Shown piece by piece: positions 46,639 to 56,263 of a stretch of 64,000 nt of DNA (its first letter is position 1; each line of letters begins with the position of its first letter). The stretch lies in the NCBI GenBank assembly GCA_005889275.1, contig VBFI01000049.1, positions 7,214 through 71,213 on the forward strand. Reading direction: 5' to 3'. The stretch comes from Chloroflexota bacterium (GTDB taxonomy: Bacteria > Chloroflexota > Limnocylindria > P2-11E). The notes below the pieces were generated by a model that saw only the letters and a list, made by a program, of their open reading frames with translations, did no database searches and was not told where the DNA came from. The translations under genes and the position numbers were made by a program.

Positions 46639-47427
46639 CTAGAACCCCATCAGGTTGCGCGAGATCTTCGAATATCCGCGCTCGGCGGCCGCGAGATCGA
46701 GCGGCAGCGCGACGAGCTCGTCGACGAGCGGAACGGCCCGCGGGTCCTTGCGCAGGTCGATGGTGAGCAGATAGCGGCGGCAGATCTCACACGCGTCGAT
46801 CCGCACGTGCGGAAAGTGATCGACGTCCGAGAGGATCGGCATCTTCGCGCCGGCCGTCTCACCGCACGACGCGCAGGTCATACGGCTCAACACCCATTCA
46901 CCCGCGCAGCGCGAGCAGACCAAAGTTCTCTGGCCGGTGAGGAGCGCCTCGCCGGTGTCGGGAAAGAACGCGAGCTGCGGAAGCCCGCCGCAGCGCGGGC
47001 ACCGGCGGTCGTCGCTCTCGGCTGACCGGAGGGCCGCGGCCACCTCGGGAAGGGCCTCGAGGACCGGGGCGGCGGCCGCCCGCGCGAGGAAGGTGTCGGT
47101 CCCGCCCTGCTGCTCGCCGCGAAGCCACGCCTCCACGATGCCCTCGAGGTCGCCCTCGGCGAACCGCAGCAACACCGCCTCGCGGAGCGTTTCCGTCCCG
47201 GCCGCGACGGCGGCCTCCATGACACCGGGCAGGGCGACCCGCACGGCGTACGCGGCGATCTCCTCGGCGCCGGGGCCGTCCGCGAGCGCGCGCTCGAAGG
47301 CACGCTCCTGCGCGTCCACGACCGCGAGGTAGAGCCGCAGCGGCCCCTCGGCGAAGTCGTATCGCGCGCCGAGCTCGCGTGCGCGCTCGCGGCGCTCGGC
47401 ATGCACGGTCGAAGCGAGCAGCGCCAT
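46639..47427 (-). CDS. fdhE: Formate dehydrogenase accessory protein FdhE
   Basis: 262 aa, MALLASTVHAERRER..., four CxxC motifs (RCPRCGG, CSRCAGEW, CASCGE, CEICRRY). The ATG overlaps the fdhA stop. Confidence 0.85.
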   Translation of the reverse strand: MALLASTVHAERRERARELGARYDFAEGPLRLYLAVVDAQERAFERALADGPGAEEIAAYAVRVALPGVMEAAVAAGTETLREAVLLRFAEGDLEGIVEAWLRGEQQGGTDTFLARAAAAPVLEALPEVAAALRSAESDDRRCPRCGGLPQLAFFPDTGEALLTGQRTLVCSRCAGEWVLSRMTCASCGETAGAKMPILSDVDHFPHVRIDACEICRRYLLTIDLRKDPRAVPLVDELVALPLDLAAAERGYSKISRNLMGF

Positions 47428-50400
47428 CAGATCTTCTCGATGTTCACGAGGAACGCCTTGAACTCGGGCGTCCTCGCTCCGACATCGCCGACGAACGGCG
47501 TGAGCGCGTTCGCGAGCCAGTACTTCGAGCGTTCGGGATTCTGCTCGGCGGAGACGCCGATGAATCCCCAGTGGATGGGGATGCCGATGTGGTAGACGGT
47601 CTTGTTGCCGGCGAGGGTCATCGGCCCGAGACGCTTGGTGACGAGGGCGGCCACCTCGATCTTGCCGCGCTCGCTGAACACCCGCACGCGGTCGCCGTTC
47701 TTGATGCCTTTCTCGTTCGCCAGCTCCTCGGGGATCTCGACGAAGGCCTGCGGCTGCAACCCGACGAGCAGCGGGACGTGCTGCGTCACGTAGTGCTCGT
47801 GCTCGGTGAGGCGGTAGCTCGTCGCGACGTACGGGTACTTGTCCACCTTGCCGAAGCGGTTCGGCCTGCCGGCGGCCTGGTCGTAGAGGAACACGACCGG
47901 ATCCTCCGACTGGCTCGGGTGGAGCGGGTTCGCTATCGGCGCCTCGACCGGCTCGTAGTGCTCCGGGATCGGACCGTCGAGCATCGCGGAGGAGAAGAGC
48001 CTGCCGACCCCCTCCCCGTTCATGATGAAGGGGTTCCACGACGCGGGATCCTTGGGGTTCATCGTCGCCGGGTAGTCCGGCACGTCGCCGGTCCACGTCG
48101 TGCCGTTCCACTGGATGCCGGGGCGCTTGGGGTCCCACGGCTTGCCGTCGGAGTCGGCGGACGCGCGGTTGTACATGACCCGTCGGTTGAGCGGCCAGCT
48201 CCAAGCCCACATCGGGTAGAAGCCCATCCCCGTGGGATCGTTCTTCGCCGGATCCTGAATGCCGTTCCGGCGCTTGCTCAGATTTCCGTCCTCGGTGTAG
48301 CTCCCCGTATAGATCCAGTCACCGGCGGTCGTGGTGCCGTCGGCCTTGAGGTTCGCGAAGCTCGACATCTGCTTTCCGGTCGCGAGGTCCTTGCCGTTGA
48401 TCTCCTTGGCGATCTCGTCCAGCTCGGGCTTCTTGGGATCCTTGTACCAATCGGTGGTCATCGCGTTGATCGCGTCCGGAAACTTCCCGCCCTGCTGCTT
48501 GTAGAGGCTCTTCACTCGGTCGAAGAGGTCCGCGAAGATCCAGTGGTCGTGCTGCGCCTGGCCTTCGGGCGGGATCACCTGCTCCTTCCACTGCATCCAC
48601 CGGCCGCTGTTCACGAAGGAGCCATCCTTCTCGATCCAATGCGTCGTCGGGAGCATGAAGACCTCGGTCTGAATCTTCGAGGGGTCCATGTCCGGGCCGT
48701 GCCAGAACTCCGAGCTCGTCGTCGGCAGCGGATCCATGATCACGAGCCACTTGAGGTTGGAGAGCGCCTGCAGCACCTGGTTCACGTCCGGACCGATGCT
48801 CGTCGCGGTCATGCCGTTCAGGATCAGGCCCTCCATCTTGCCCTTGAGCGCCTGGTCGTAGATCGACATCCATGACGAGTTCGTCGCCGGCTTGGGGATG
48901 AAGTTGAAGGCGTACTCGTTGTCCTTCGTGGCCGCGGCACCGTACCAGCCCTTCAGCAAGCTGACCATGAAGTTGCGGTAGTTGAGGCCGAAGAAGTTCC
49001 ACGAGTTCGGGTCGCTCTTCACCGGCGCGCTCTGCCGGACGTAGTCGTCCAGGTTCTTCTGGCCGGGCGCGGGAATGCGGAGGTATCCCGGCAGGATCTC
49101 CCAGCTGATCGCGTGATCGGTGTTGCCCTGGATGTTCGCGTGGCCGCGCTCCGCGTTCATGCCGCCGCCGGGCCGGCCGATGTTCCCGAGGAGGAGCTGC
49201 AGCACCGCGCCCGAGCGGATGAGCTGCCCGCCGGTGGTGTGGTGCGTGAGGCCGACGGCGTACACGATCGTCATGACCTTGTCGGGCCTGCCCATCTCGC
49301 CGACGATCTTCGCGACCTGCAGGAACTGATCGGCGGGAATCCCGGTGATGCTCGCGACCATGTCCGGCGTGTAACGCGAGTAGTGCTTCTTGAGGAGCTG
49401 GAAGACCGAGCGCGGGTCCTGGAGGGTCATGTCGCGCTTGGCGAAGCCGGTCTGCGTCGTCGCCGGCCCCTCGACCTGTCCTCCCGCCTGCGCCGGCGGC
49501 GCGGTGAGCTCGTACGCCCACGTCGAGAGGTCGTAGGAGCGGGTCGCCGGGTTGTATCCGGAGAAGAGTCCGTCCTTGAAGTCGAAGCCCTCCTTCACGA
49601 TGAAGGAAGCGTTCGTGTAGTTCTTCACGTAGTCCTCGTGGTAGAGCGTGTTCTGGAGGACGTAGTTGATGAGCCCACCGAAGTAGGCGACGTCGGTCCC
49701 CGTGCGGATGCGCAGGTACATGTCCGACATCGCCGAGGTCCGCGTGTAGCGCGGATCCGCGTGGATGATCTTCGCGCCGCCGCCCGCCCCCGGGCCCTTC
49801 GTCGGGTCCAGCTTCGCCTTCACGAACCACTGGAACCCGACGGGGTGCGCTTCCGCCGGATTCGCCCCGTTGATGAGGATGACGTCGGCGTGCTTGATGT
49901 CGCGCCAGTGGTTCGTCATCGCTCCCCGTCCGAACGTGGCGGCCAAACTGACCACCGTTGGGCCGTGTCAGACCCGGGCTTGCTGCTCGATGTGCACGAC
50001 GCCGAGCGTCCGCATCAGCTTGGTCGCGAAGTAGCCCTCTTCGCTGCTGAACGCGGCGCCGCCGGCGAAGGCGACCCCCTCGGTGCGATTCACAGTGTTG
50101 CCGTTCGCGTCCTGCGCGACGAACGTGTTGTCGCGCGACGCCTTTAGGTTCTGGGCGATCTTGTCGAGCATGAAGTCCCAGCTCTTCTCTTCCCACTTCG
50201 CGCTGCCCGGGGCTCGGTAGAGCGGTTTCTCGACGCGGCGCGAGCTCGTCGCCAGCTGCATCGCCGTCGCGCCTTTCGGGCAAAGGCGTCCCTCGTTGAC
50301 CGGGCTGTCCGGGTCGCCTTCGATCTGCAGCAGCTGGGTCGTGCCGTTCGCCTGCTTCGTGTAGGCGATGAGCGCGCAGCCAACGGCGCAGTACGGGCAG

Positions 50401-50558
50401 ACCGAGTGGACTTCCTTCGCGCCCGCGATCCGCAGCTCGAGCGTGCGTCGCTTGACGCTTTTGAGGTCGAATCCAAGGGGGTTCGCGATGGGGACCGCCA
50501 GACCGGCTGCGCCGGCGGCACCGAGCTTCAGGAACTCACGTCGCGTGATTTCCGCCAT
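47427..50558 (-). CDS. fdhA: Formate dehydrogenase catalytic (molybdopterin) subunit, Tat-exported, selenocysteine-containing (in-frame TGA at 49970-49968)
   Basis: The track splits this into two ORFs (49968-50591 and 47427-49955) joined by one TGA. The junction reads ...HIEQQARV-U-HGPTVVSLAATFGRGAMTNHW..., matching E. coli FdnG ...QARV-U-HGPTVASLAPTFGRGAMTNHW. Tat motif TRREFLKLGAAGAAGLA. Start is probably MAEITRREFL (50558) or the GTG at 50591. Confidence 0.88.
49935..49967 (-). other. Candidate SECIS-like hairpin immediately 3' of the Sec UGA in fdhA
   Basis: mRNA: UGA CAC GGCCCAAC GGUGGUCA GUUUGGCC GCC; an 8-bp stem with one mismatch, starting 4 nt after the UGA. Confidence 0.3.
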
Positions 50559-50603
50559 CGGATCGGTCACTCGTTCTACTCCGATGCGCACACCCTCGCA
50601 AGC

Positions 50604-50909
50604 GTGGCGCTACCGTTTCGCCTGGTGAACGAGTTCTTCGGCGCGCTGGGCAGGCGGTGGCGCGACGGGGCCGAGCGCCGCGGCGCGAAGATCGAAGAGC
50701 CGGACCTCGATCCGTCGGTCGCGGCCGAACTCCTCGAGCTCGCACGGGTCGCGGCGCACACGAAGGAGCGCCGCTTCGCCCCGCTGGCGACGTACACGGC
50801 CGGGATCGCCGCGGAGCGCCTGCGCGCCGCGAACGGAGCCGACGCCGCGTCGATCGCGGCGTACATCCGCGAGGTGCGTGAGGAGCTCGAGCGCGAGACG
50901 CCCGGATAG
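50604..50909 (+). CDS. Small hypothetical protein divergent from fdhA
   Basis: GTG at 50604; VALPFRLVNEFFGALGRRWRDGAERRGAKIEEPDLDPSVAAELLELARVAAHTKERRFAPLATYTAGIAAERL.... Followed by a weak hairpin plus T-run. The earlier part of the track ORF is antisense to fdhA. Confidence 0.3.
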   Translation: MALPFRLVNEFFGALGRRWRDGAERRGAKIEEPDLDPSVAAELLELARVAAHTKERRFAPLATYTAGIAAERLRAANGADAASIAAYIREVREELERETPG

Positions 50910-50936
50910 GCCAATTTCGGCCTGTTTTGGCCCCCG
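50910..50936 (+). terminator. Weak terminator-like hairpin plus T-tract after the small plus-strand ORF
   Basis: ggccaatttcggcc tgtttt ggcc (4-bp GC stem, 6-nt loop, TGTTTT). Confidence 0.2.
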
Positions 50937-50975
50937 CTACCGAACCGAAATCTCCGCCAGATACGCTCCTCGGCC

Positions 50976-51167
50976 ATGTCGTCGAATAACCGCCCGGTGG
51001 CCGATTTCGTCCGCGACGACGCGGGCGCGGGCCTGATCGAGTACGCGCTCATCCTGAGCATCGTCTCGGTGGCGGCGATCCTCGCGATGGTCGTGATGAA
51101 GGACCAGCTGACCTCGTACTTCAGCAACATCGGCAACACCGTGGGGCAGTACCCGGGGGGTCCCTAG
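50976..51167 (+). CDS. flp: Flp/Fap family type IVb pilin (orphan)
   Basis: 63 aa, MSSNNRPVADFVRDDAGAGLIEYALILSIVSVAAILAMVV; canonical Flp G-x4-EY motif followed by a hydrophobic segment. Confidence 0.75.
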   Translation: MSSNNRPVADFVRDDAGAGLIEYALILSIVSVAAILAMVVMKDQLTSYFSNIGNTVGQYPGGP

Positions 51168-52093
51168 CCTCCACCGAGCGCGCCGCGAAGCGCGGCGCCC
51201 GCATCGTCGTACGCCTGGGCCGCCTCAGCAAGAAGATTCGGAAACGCCATGAAGCCGTGGAACATCCCGCGGTACCGCTTCGCCGTCGCCGAGATCCCGA
51301 CCTCGCGCAGCTTCGCCGCGTAGGCTTCGCCGTCGTCGCGGAGCGGATCGCACTCGGCGGTGATGACGAGGGCGGGCGGCATCCCGCGGAGGTCGGCCCG
51401 CAAGACCGACGCGTAGGGATCGTCGAGATCGGCGGGGGTGCGGATGTAGTGCTCGGCGTACCACTCCATGTCGGCCCTGGTGAGGCCGAAGCCGGTCGCG
51501 AACTCGTCGTGTGAGGCCGCGCCGTACCGCAGATCGGTCACCGGCACGGTGAGGAGCTGGAACGCGACCCTCGGTCCGCCTCGGTCGCGCGCGACGAGCG
51601 CCGCCGCGGCCGCGAGGTTCGCGCCCGCGCTCGAGCCGCCGACGGCGACGCGGGCAGCGTCGATCCCGAGCTCCGCCGCGTGATCGGCGACCCACCGCAC
51701 GGCGGCGTACGCATCCTCGACCGGCCCTGGGAACTTCGCCTCGGGAGCCAGGCGGTAGTCCACCGAGACGACGACGCACCGGCCGCGGTTCGCGAGCGCG
51801 CGGCACGGCTCGTCCGCCTCGTCGATCGATCCGATGACCCAGCCGCCGCCGTGGAAGTACACGAGGGCCGCGCCACTCGCGTTCTGCGGCCGGTAGATGC
51901 GCAGCGCGAGCGGGCCACCGGGGCCGGTGATGCTCTGAGCGATCACGCTCTCGACGGCCTCCGGTGCCGCCGCGAGCGGGACGGGGACGCCCCTCGCCTG
52001 GGCGGGGGTCATCGATGAATAGCGTGGCCGCGCGGCGATCTGCTCGACGATCGCGCGGACGACCGGGTGCAGGCGATCCTGGGTGACCGCCAT
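51164..52093 (-). CDS. Alpha/beta hydrolase, HSL-family esterase/lipase
   Basis: 309 aa, ...ALVYFHGGGWVIGSIDEAD...VAVGGSSAGANLAA... (HGGG oxyanion motif and GxSxG nucleophile elbow). Confidence 0.8.
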   Translation of the reverse strand: MAVTQDRLHPVVRAIVEQIAARPRYSSMTPAQARGVPVPLAAAPEAVESVIAQSITGPGGPLALRIYRPQNASGAALVYFHGGGWVIGSIDEADEPCRALANRGRCVVVSVDYRLAPEAKFPGPVEDAYAAVRWVADHAAELGIDAARVAVGGSSAGANLAAAAALVARDRGGPRVAFQLLTVPVTDLRYGAASHDEFATGFGLTRADMEWYAEHYIRTPADLDDPYASVLRADLRGMPPALVITAECDPLRDDGEAYAAKLREVGISATAKRYRGMFHGFMAFPNLLAEAAQAYDDAGAALRGALGGG

Positions 52094-52929
52094 CAGTGTC
52101 CGATCCGTTCGGGCGACGTGTACACGTTGAAGCGATCATCGCGCAGGAAGCCGACGAGCGTCATGCCGAAACGCTCGGCGGTGGCGACGGCGAGGCTCGA
52201 GGGCGCCCCCACGGCGGCGAGGATCGGGATGCCCGCGGCGACCGCCTTCTGCACGACCTCGTAGCCCGCGCGTCCGCTCACCGCCAGGACGGCGCCGCGC
52301 AGCGGGACGCGTCCGTCCAGGAGCGCGCGGCCGACCACCTTGTCGACCGCGTTGTGCCGTCCGATGTCCTCACGAAGGAGCTGAAGCTCGCCACGGTCGT
52401 CGAAGAGACCCGCCGCGTGCAGCCCGCCGGTGGTCTCGAAGAGGCGCTGCCGCTCGCGAAGCCGATCCGCGAGCGGCGGCAGGAGCGCCGCGTCCACGAG
52501 CGGGCCGGGCGCGAGCCGCGCGAAGTCGAGCGCGAGCGACTCCAGCGTCGTCGCGCCGCAAACCCCGCAGGCGGAGGTCGCGAGAAAGGATCGCTCGGGA
52601 CGCCGGCTCCCGTTCTCACGGACGTGGACGTCGACCTGGTTCGATTCGACGAGGTCGCCGCTGAGCGGCACCGCGGCCTCCCGCTCCTGGGCTTCGGCGC
52701 TGATGCGCACGCGCACGACGTCGTCGAGCGACCGAATCACCCGCTCCGCCCAGAGGAGACCGAGGGCGAGCTCGAGATCGTTTCCCGGGGTCCGCATCAC
52801 GATCGAAAGCGGCCGACCGTCCAGCGACAGCTGAAGCGGCTCCTCCGCCGCGACCTGGTCGCGGTCGTCGCGCCACTCGCCGGTTCGCCAGCGCGCGATG
52901 GTCACGGGCGGCGCCTGGGGCCGCGGCAT
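52093..52929 (-). CDS. fdhD: Formate dehydrogenase accessory sulfurtransferase FdhD
   Basis: 278 aa, ...SFLATSACGVCGATTLESL...EDIGRHNAVDKVVGRALLDG.... Confidence 0.85.
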   Translation of the reverse strand: MPRPQAPPVTIARWRTGEWRDDRDQVAAEEPLQLSLDGRPLSIVMRTPGNDLELALGLLWAERVIRSLDDVVRVRISAEAQEREAAVPLSGDLVESNQVDVHVRENGSRRPERSFLATSACGVCGATTLESLALDFARLAPGPLVDAALLPPLADRLRERQRLFETTGGLHAAGLFDDRGELQLLREDIGRHNAVDKVVGRALLDGRVPLRGAVLAVSGRAGYEVVQKAVAAGIPILAAVGAPSSLAVATAERFGMTLVGFLRDDRFNVYTSPERIGH

Positions 52930-52962
52930 CCGCCGATCCTAGGCGCTTAGGATCGGGGCTCG

Positions 52963-53433
52963 ATGAGAGTCGGCGTCGAGCTGCGCCTCGCGGGCGACCC
53001 GGGGGAGCTGTTCGCCGATGCGCGCGCCCTCGAGACGGCCGGCGTCGATTCGTTCTGGGCGCCGCCCGACCGGGACCAGCTCACGCTCCTCGCGGCCGTC
53101 GCGGCGGTGACCTTGCGGGCCCGGATCGTCGCCGTCGATGTGACGCCCGAAAGCGGCGGCACCGCGATGCTCGATCGGCTCTCACGCGGCCGCGTGGCGG
53201 CGGCCGCGTCGCACGGGGAAGAGTTCCGGATCTCCGCGGCGGAGGGTGAGGACGAGCGGTGGACGCGCAGCGACGTCCCGGTGGGACGCGCGGCCTGGCG
53301 TGAGCTCCGCGACGCGAGCGAGGCCGCGGGGTTCGCGGGGATCGTTCTGCCGAACGGCCCGCGGCTCCTCGACCTGTTGCGCAATCCCGACGTCGAGGAC
53401 GACCGGCCGGACCTTCGTCTCGCGTTCGGCTAG
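52963..53433 (+). CDS. Short luciferase-like-monooxygenase (LLM)-related protein; truncated or minimal
   Basis: 156 aa: MRVGVELRLAGDPGELFADARALETAGVDSFWAPPDRDQLTLLAAVAAVTLRARIVAVDV...AMLDRLSRGRVAAAASHG resembles the LLM N-terminal half. The C-terminal half of the barrel is missing. Confidence 0.4.
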   Translation: MRVGVELRLAGDPGELFADARALETAGVDSFWAPPDRDQLTLLAAVAAVTLRARIVAVDVTPESGGTAMLDRLSRGRVAAAASHGEEFRISAAEGEDERWTRSDVPVGRAAWRELRDASEAAGFAGIVLPNGPRLLDLLRNPDVEDDRPDLRLAFG

Positions 53434-53445
53434 CAGGAGCTCGCG

Positions 53446-53754
53446 ATGCGACCGCTGCTCACGCTTGGGATGTACTCCGGCGGCTGCCTGATGCTCCTCG
53501 GGCTGCTCTCCGCGTGCACGATCATCCTCATCCCGGTCGGCGTGCACCTCATCTGGCTCGGCTTTCTCGTCACCGCAGCGTTCTGGGCGGCTCGCGAGCT
53601 CTTTCGCGGAGAGTTACGCGGCGCGTCCCAGCGCGCGCCGGACGCGCCAGGAGTCCGCGTCCGGCGTGATGAAGAGCGTGAGCATGATCCCGTAGAACGG
53701 GAGATGCCCGATGAGCTCGGGCAGCCCGAAGACGACGAGGGTCACCGTGAATAG
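53446..53754 (+). CDS. Small hypothetical membrane protein (first ~55 aa hydrophobic); the 3' part overlaps the convergent DoxX gene
   Basis: MRPLLTLGMYSGGCLMLLGLLSACTIILIPVGVHLIWLGFLVTAAFWAARELF...; the tail is antisense to the DoxX C-terminus. Confidence 0.3.
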   Translation: MRPLLTLGMYSGGCLMLLGLLSACTIILIPVGVHLIWLGFLVTAAFWAARELFRGELRGASQRAPDAPGVRVRRDEEREHDPVEREMPDELGQPEDDEGHRE

Positions 53755-54618
53755 CGCGAACCCGACGGCCATGACCGGCCGGGTGAGCTGACCCGACAGG
53801 ATCACCGCTCCGACGACGAGCTCGGTGAGACCGGCGAGCCAGATGAACGTCGGGTCACCGACGCCAAGCGGACGCAGCACGTTCAGGAAAGGGCTCTGAT
53901 CGAGGAGGGCCTGCGCGAGCGGCGGGTTGAGGAGCTTCTCGGTGAGCGCGTTGTACGCGATCCCGAAACCCATCGCGACGCGGAGGAGGGTCAGGGCGGC
54001 GGCCGGCGACCGATCGTGCTGGATCGCGCGATGCGCGTCACGCTGCGCGTCGAGCGAGACGCGACCTGGACCGGCGATGAACAGGAAGATCGCGATCCCG
54101 AGGATATGGACCTGCTCGAGGATGCTCTCGGGACTGAACGGCGCCATCGCCACCACGCCGAGCAGCGCGAGCGCCACGGCCGCGCCCCGTGTGAAAAGGC
54201 CGAGGAGCACCAGGATGCCGCACGCCGCCTCCACGCCGCCGATCGCGAGACCGAACGCGTCGCGCTCCACCGGGAGCGACGGGACGAAAAGCCAGCCGGC
54301 GAGGGCAGCGGCCAGCAGCGAGATCCCGAGCGCGGCTCGGAGCGCGAGCGGGCCGGTGCTCGCGAAGCGCTCGAGGGAGCGGATCGCGCGGGGCTCCGCG
54401 ACGTGGTGCTGGATCCAGTAGGCGACCGCCGCGGCGGCGAGGGCGATCGCGAACGCGGCCAGGACCGGCACGCTCAGGAGGAGCCCGTACTCGGTCGGAT
54501 GCGGCCGGGGATCGGTGAACCACTTCACGTGTGCGAGCGCGCCGAGGAGGATCACCCCGGCATCGCGGGCAGCCGGCGTGCCGGGCGCTAGCGGTACCAC
54601 TCGGGCGCGTGGCGCCAA
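53614..54618 (-). CDS. DoxX-family integral membrane protein (tandem DoxX-like halves)
   Basis: 334 aa, multiple TM helices, ...GLAIGGVEAACGILVLLGLFTRGAAVALALLGVV... and a second half ...TELVVGAVILSGQLTRPVMAVGFALFTVTLVVFG. Confidence 0.55.
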   Translation of the reverse strand: MAPRARVVPLAPGTPAARDAGVILLGALAHVKWFTDPRPHPTEYGLLLSVPVLAAFAIALAAAAVAYWIQHHVAEPRAIRSLERFASTGPLALRAALGISLLAAALAGWLFVPSLPVERDAFGLAIGGVEAACGILVLLGLFTRGAAVALALLGVVAMAPFSPESILEQVHILGIAIFLFIAGPGRVSLDAQRDAHRAIQHDRSPAAALTLLRVAMGFGIAYNALTEKLLNPPLAQALLDQSPFLNVLRPLGVGDPTFIWLAGLTELVVGAVILSGQLTRPVMAVGFALFTVTLVVFGLPELIGHLPFYGIMLTLFITPDADSWRVRRALGRAA

Positions 54619-55325
54619 CGCGCGAAGGCCGCCGCGTCATGGCTGACGAAGATCCGATCGAGGTCGTCGCCGACGAGCGACCTGATGAGCGCGAGCGACT
54701 CCTTCGCGGCGGTCTCGTCGGGTTGGCGAATCTCGCCACGCTCGAGGTTCTCGCGGGTGAAGGCGGCGTCGCCGCTCAGCACGACGCGGCCGGCTTCGGC
54801 GAGGTCGACGACGAGGGATTGGTGCCCGGGCGCGTGACCCGGCGTTGGCACGACCTCGACGCCGGGTGCGACCCGCGCGCGGCCTGTCGTCGGCAGGTAG
54901 GTGAGCTCGGGGATGTCCCAGTAGACGCCGGGGAAGTTCGGCTTGCCCTTCGCGAACGCGAGATGGTCGGCCTGAACGACGAACGTCGCCTTCGGGAAGG
55001 CGCCGTTGTTGCCAGCGTGGTCGAAATGGAGATGGCTGTTGACGACGACGCTCACGTCCTCTGGGCGCACGCCGAGCGTCGCGAGCCGCGCGACGATCGC
55101 GTCCTCGCGTGCCATCACCACCTTGAGGGCGCTCGGACCGAACGTCGCATCAGGGCGATCGATGTGTATTGGATGGAGCCCGGTGTCGAACAGGATGTTC
55201 CCCTCGGACGTGCGCAGGAGCGCCGACCAAACCGGCGCGTACGCCTTCTCGCTCGATCCAGCGGAAAGGAACGAGGAGGGGGCGATCTCGACTCCGCCCG
55301 TGCGGAAGATCGCGAGCTCGATCAC
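54588..55325 (-). CDS. MBL-fold metallo-hydrolase (lactonase-like)
   Basis: 245 aa, ...VVVNSHLHFDHAGNNGAF... (HxHxDH), ...PTPGHAPGHQSLVV.... Confidence 0.75.
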   Translation of the reverse strand: MIELAIFRTGGVEIAPSSFLSAGSSEKAYAPVWSALLRTSEGNILFDTGLHPIHIDRPDATFGPSALKVVMAREDAIVARLATLGVRPEDVSVVVNSHLHFDHAGNNGAFPKATFVVQADHLAFAKGKPNFPGVYWDIPELTYLPTTGRARVAPGVEVVPTPGHAPGHQSLVVDLAEAGRVVLSGDAAFTRENLERGEIRQPDETAAKESLALIRSLVGDDLDRIFVSHDAAAFARWRHAPEWYR

Positions 55326-56263
55326 CCGCGCAGCAGCTCCTCGACGGCCGCGTACGGATCGAGCGAGCGTTCCGCGACGCGAGCGACCGCGGCCGCAAGA
55401 CGCGATTCACCCACGCGTCCTGCGAGCTCGCGCAGCAGCGCCTCGCGGAGCAGCCCCTCGACCTCGACGCGCGCGGCCGCGCGGCGACGCCGGACCTGCT
55501 CGCCGCTTCCGGCGGACCAGGCGCGGTGCTTCTCGATCGCGTCGACGAGCTCGCGCGTTCCTTCGCCCGACCGCGCCGAGGTTCGGATGATCGGCGGCTT
55601 CCACGGGTGGTCCTTCGCGAGCGAGAGCATCTGCGCGAGATCGCGCACGGTCTCATCGGCGCCTGGCCGATCGGCCTTGTTCACGACGAGGACGTCGGCG
55701 ATCTCGAGGATCCCGGCCTTGATCGCTTGGATGTCGTCGCCCAGGCCTGGGACGGTCACCAGGCACACGGTGTCGGCGACGCCGATGACGTCGACCTCCT
55801 CCTGGCCCACGCCGACGGTCTCGACCAGGACGACGTCGGTGCCGAGCGCGTTCAGCACGTTGACCACTCGCGCGGTGGCTCGCGCGAGTCCGCCCGCGTG
55901 GCCGCGGCTCGCCATCGAACGGATGAAGATGCCCTCGTCGAGGAAGCGCTCGCGCATGCGGATGCGGTCGCCCAGGATCGCCCCGCCGCTGAAGGGGCTC
56001 GAGGGATCGACGGCGACGACCGCGACACGCGAGGAACGCTCGCGGTACGCGCCCGCGAGGTTGTTCACCAGGGTCGACTTCCCGCCGCCGGGCGGACCGG
56101 TCACCCCCACGACCTGGGCGCGGCCGGTGTCCGCGTAGAGCGTGCGCAGGATCTCGGCCGCGCCCGGGTCGTCGTTCTCCACGACGCTCACGAGCCGCGC
56201 GAGGGAACGCTTGTCGCCCGCGCGCGCGCGGGCGACGAGGTCACCGGTCGCGGTCGCCGCCAT
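55322..56263 (-). CDS. meaB: Methylmalonyl-CoA mutase-associated G-protein chaperone MeaB (ArgK)
   Basis: 313 aa, MAATATGDLVARARAGDKRSLARLVSVVEN...VVGVTGPPGGGKSTLVN...VLVVNKADR.... The start overlaps the acyl-CoA dehydrogenase stop. Confidence 0.85.
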   Translation of the reverse strand: MAATATGDLVARARAGDKRSLARLVSVVENDDPGAAEILRTLYADTGRAQVVGVTGPPGGGKSTLVNNLAGAYRERSSRVAVVAVDPSSPFSGGAILGDRIRMRERFLDEGIFIRSMASRGHAGGLARATARVVNVLNALGTDVVLVETVGVGQEEVDVIGVADTVCLVTVPGLGDDIQAIKAGILEIADVLVVNKADRPGADETVRDLAQMLSLAKDHPWKPPIIRTSARSGEGTRELVDAIEKHRAWSAGSGEQVRRRRAAARVEVEGLLREALLRELAGRVGESRLAAAVARVAERSLDPYAAVEELLRG

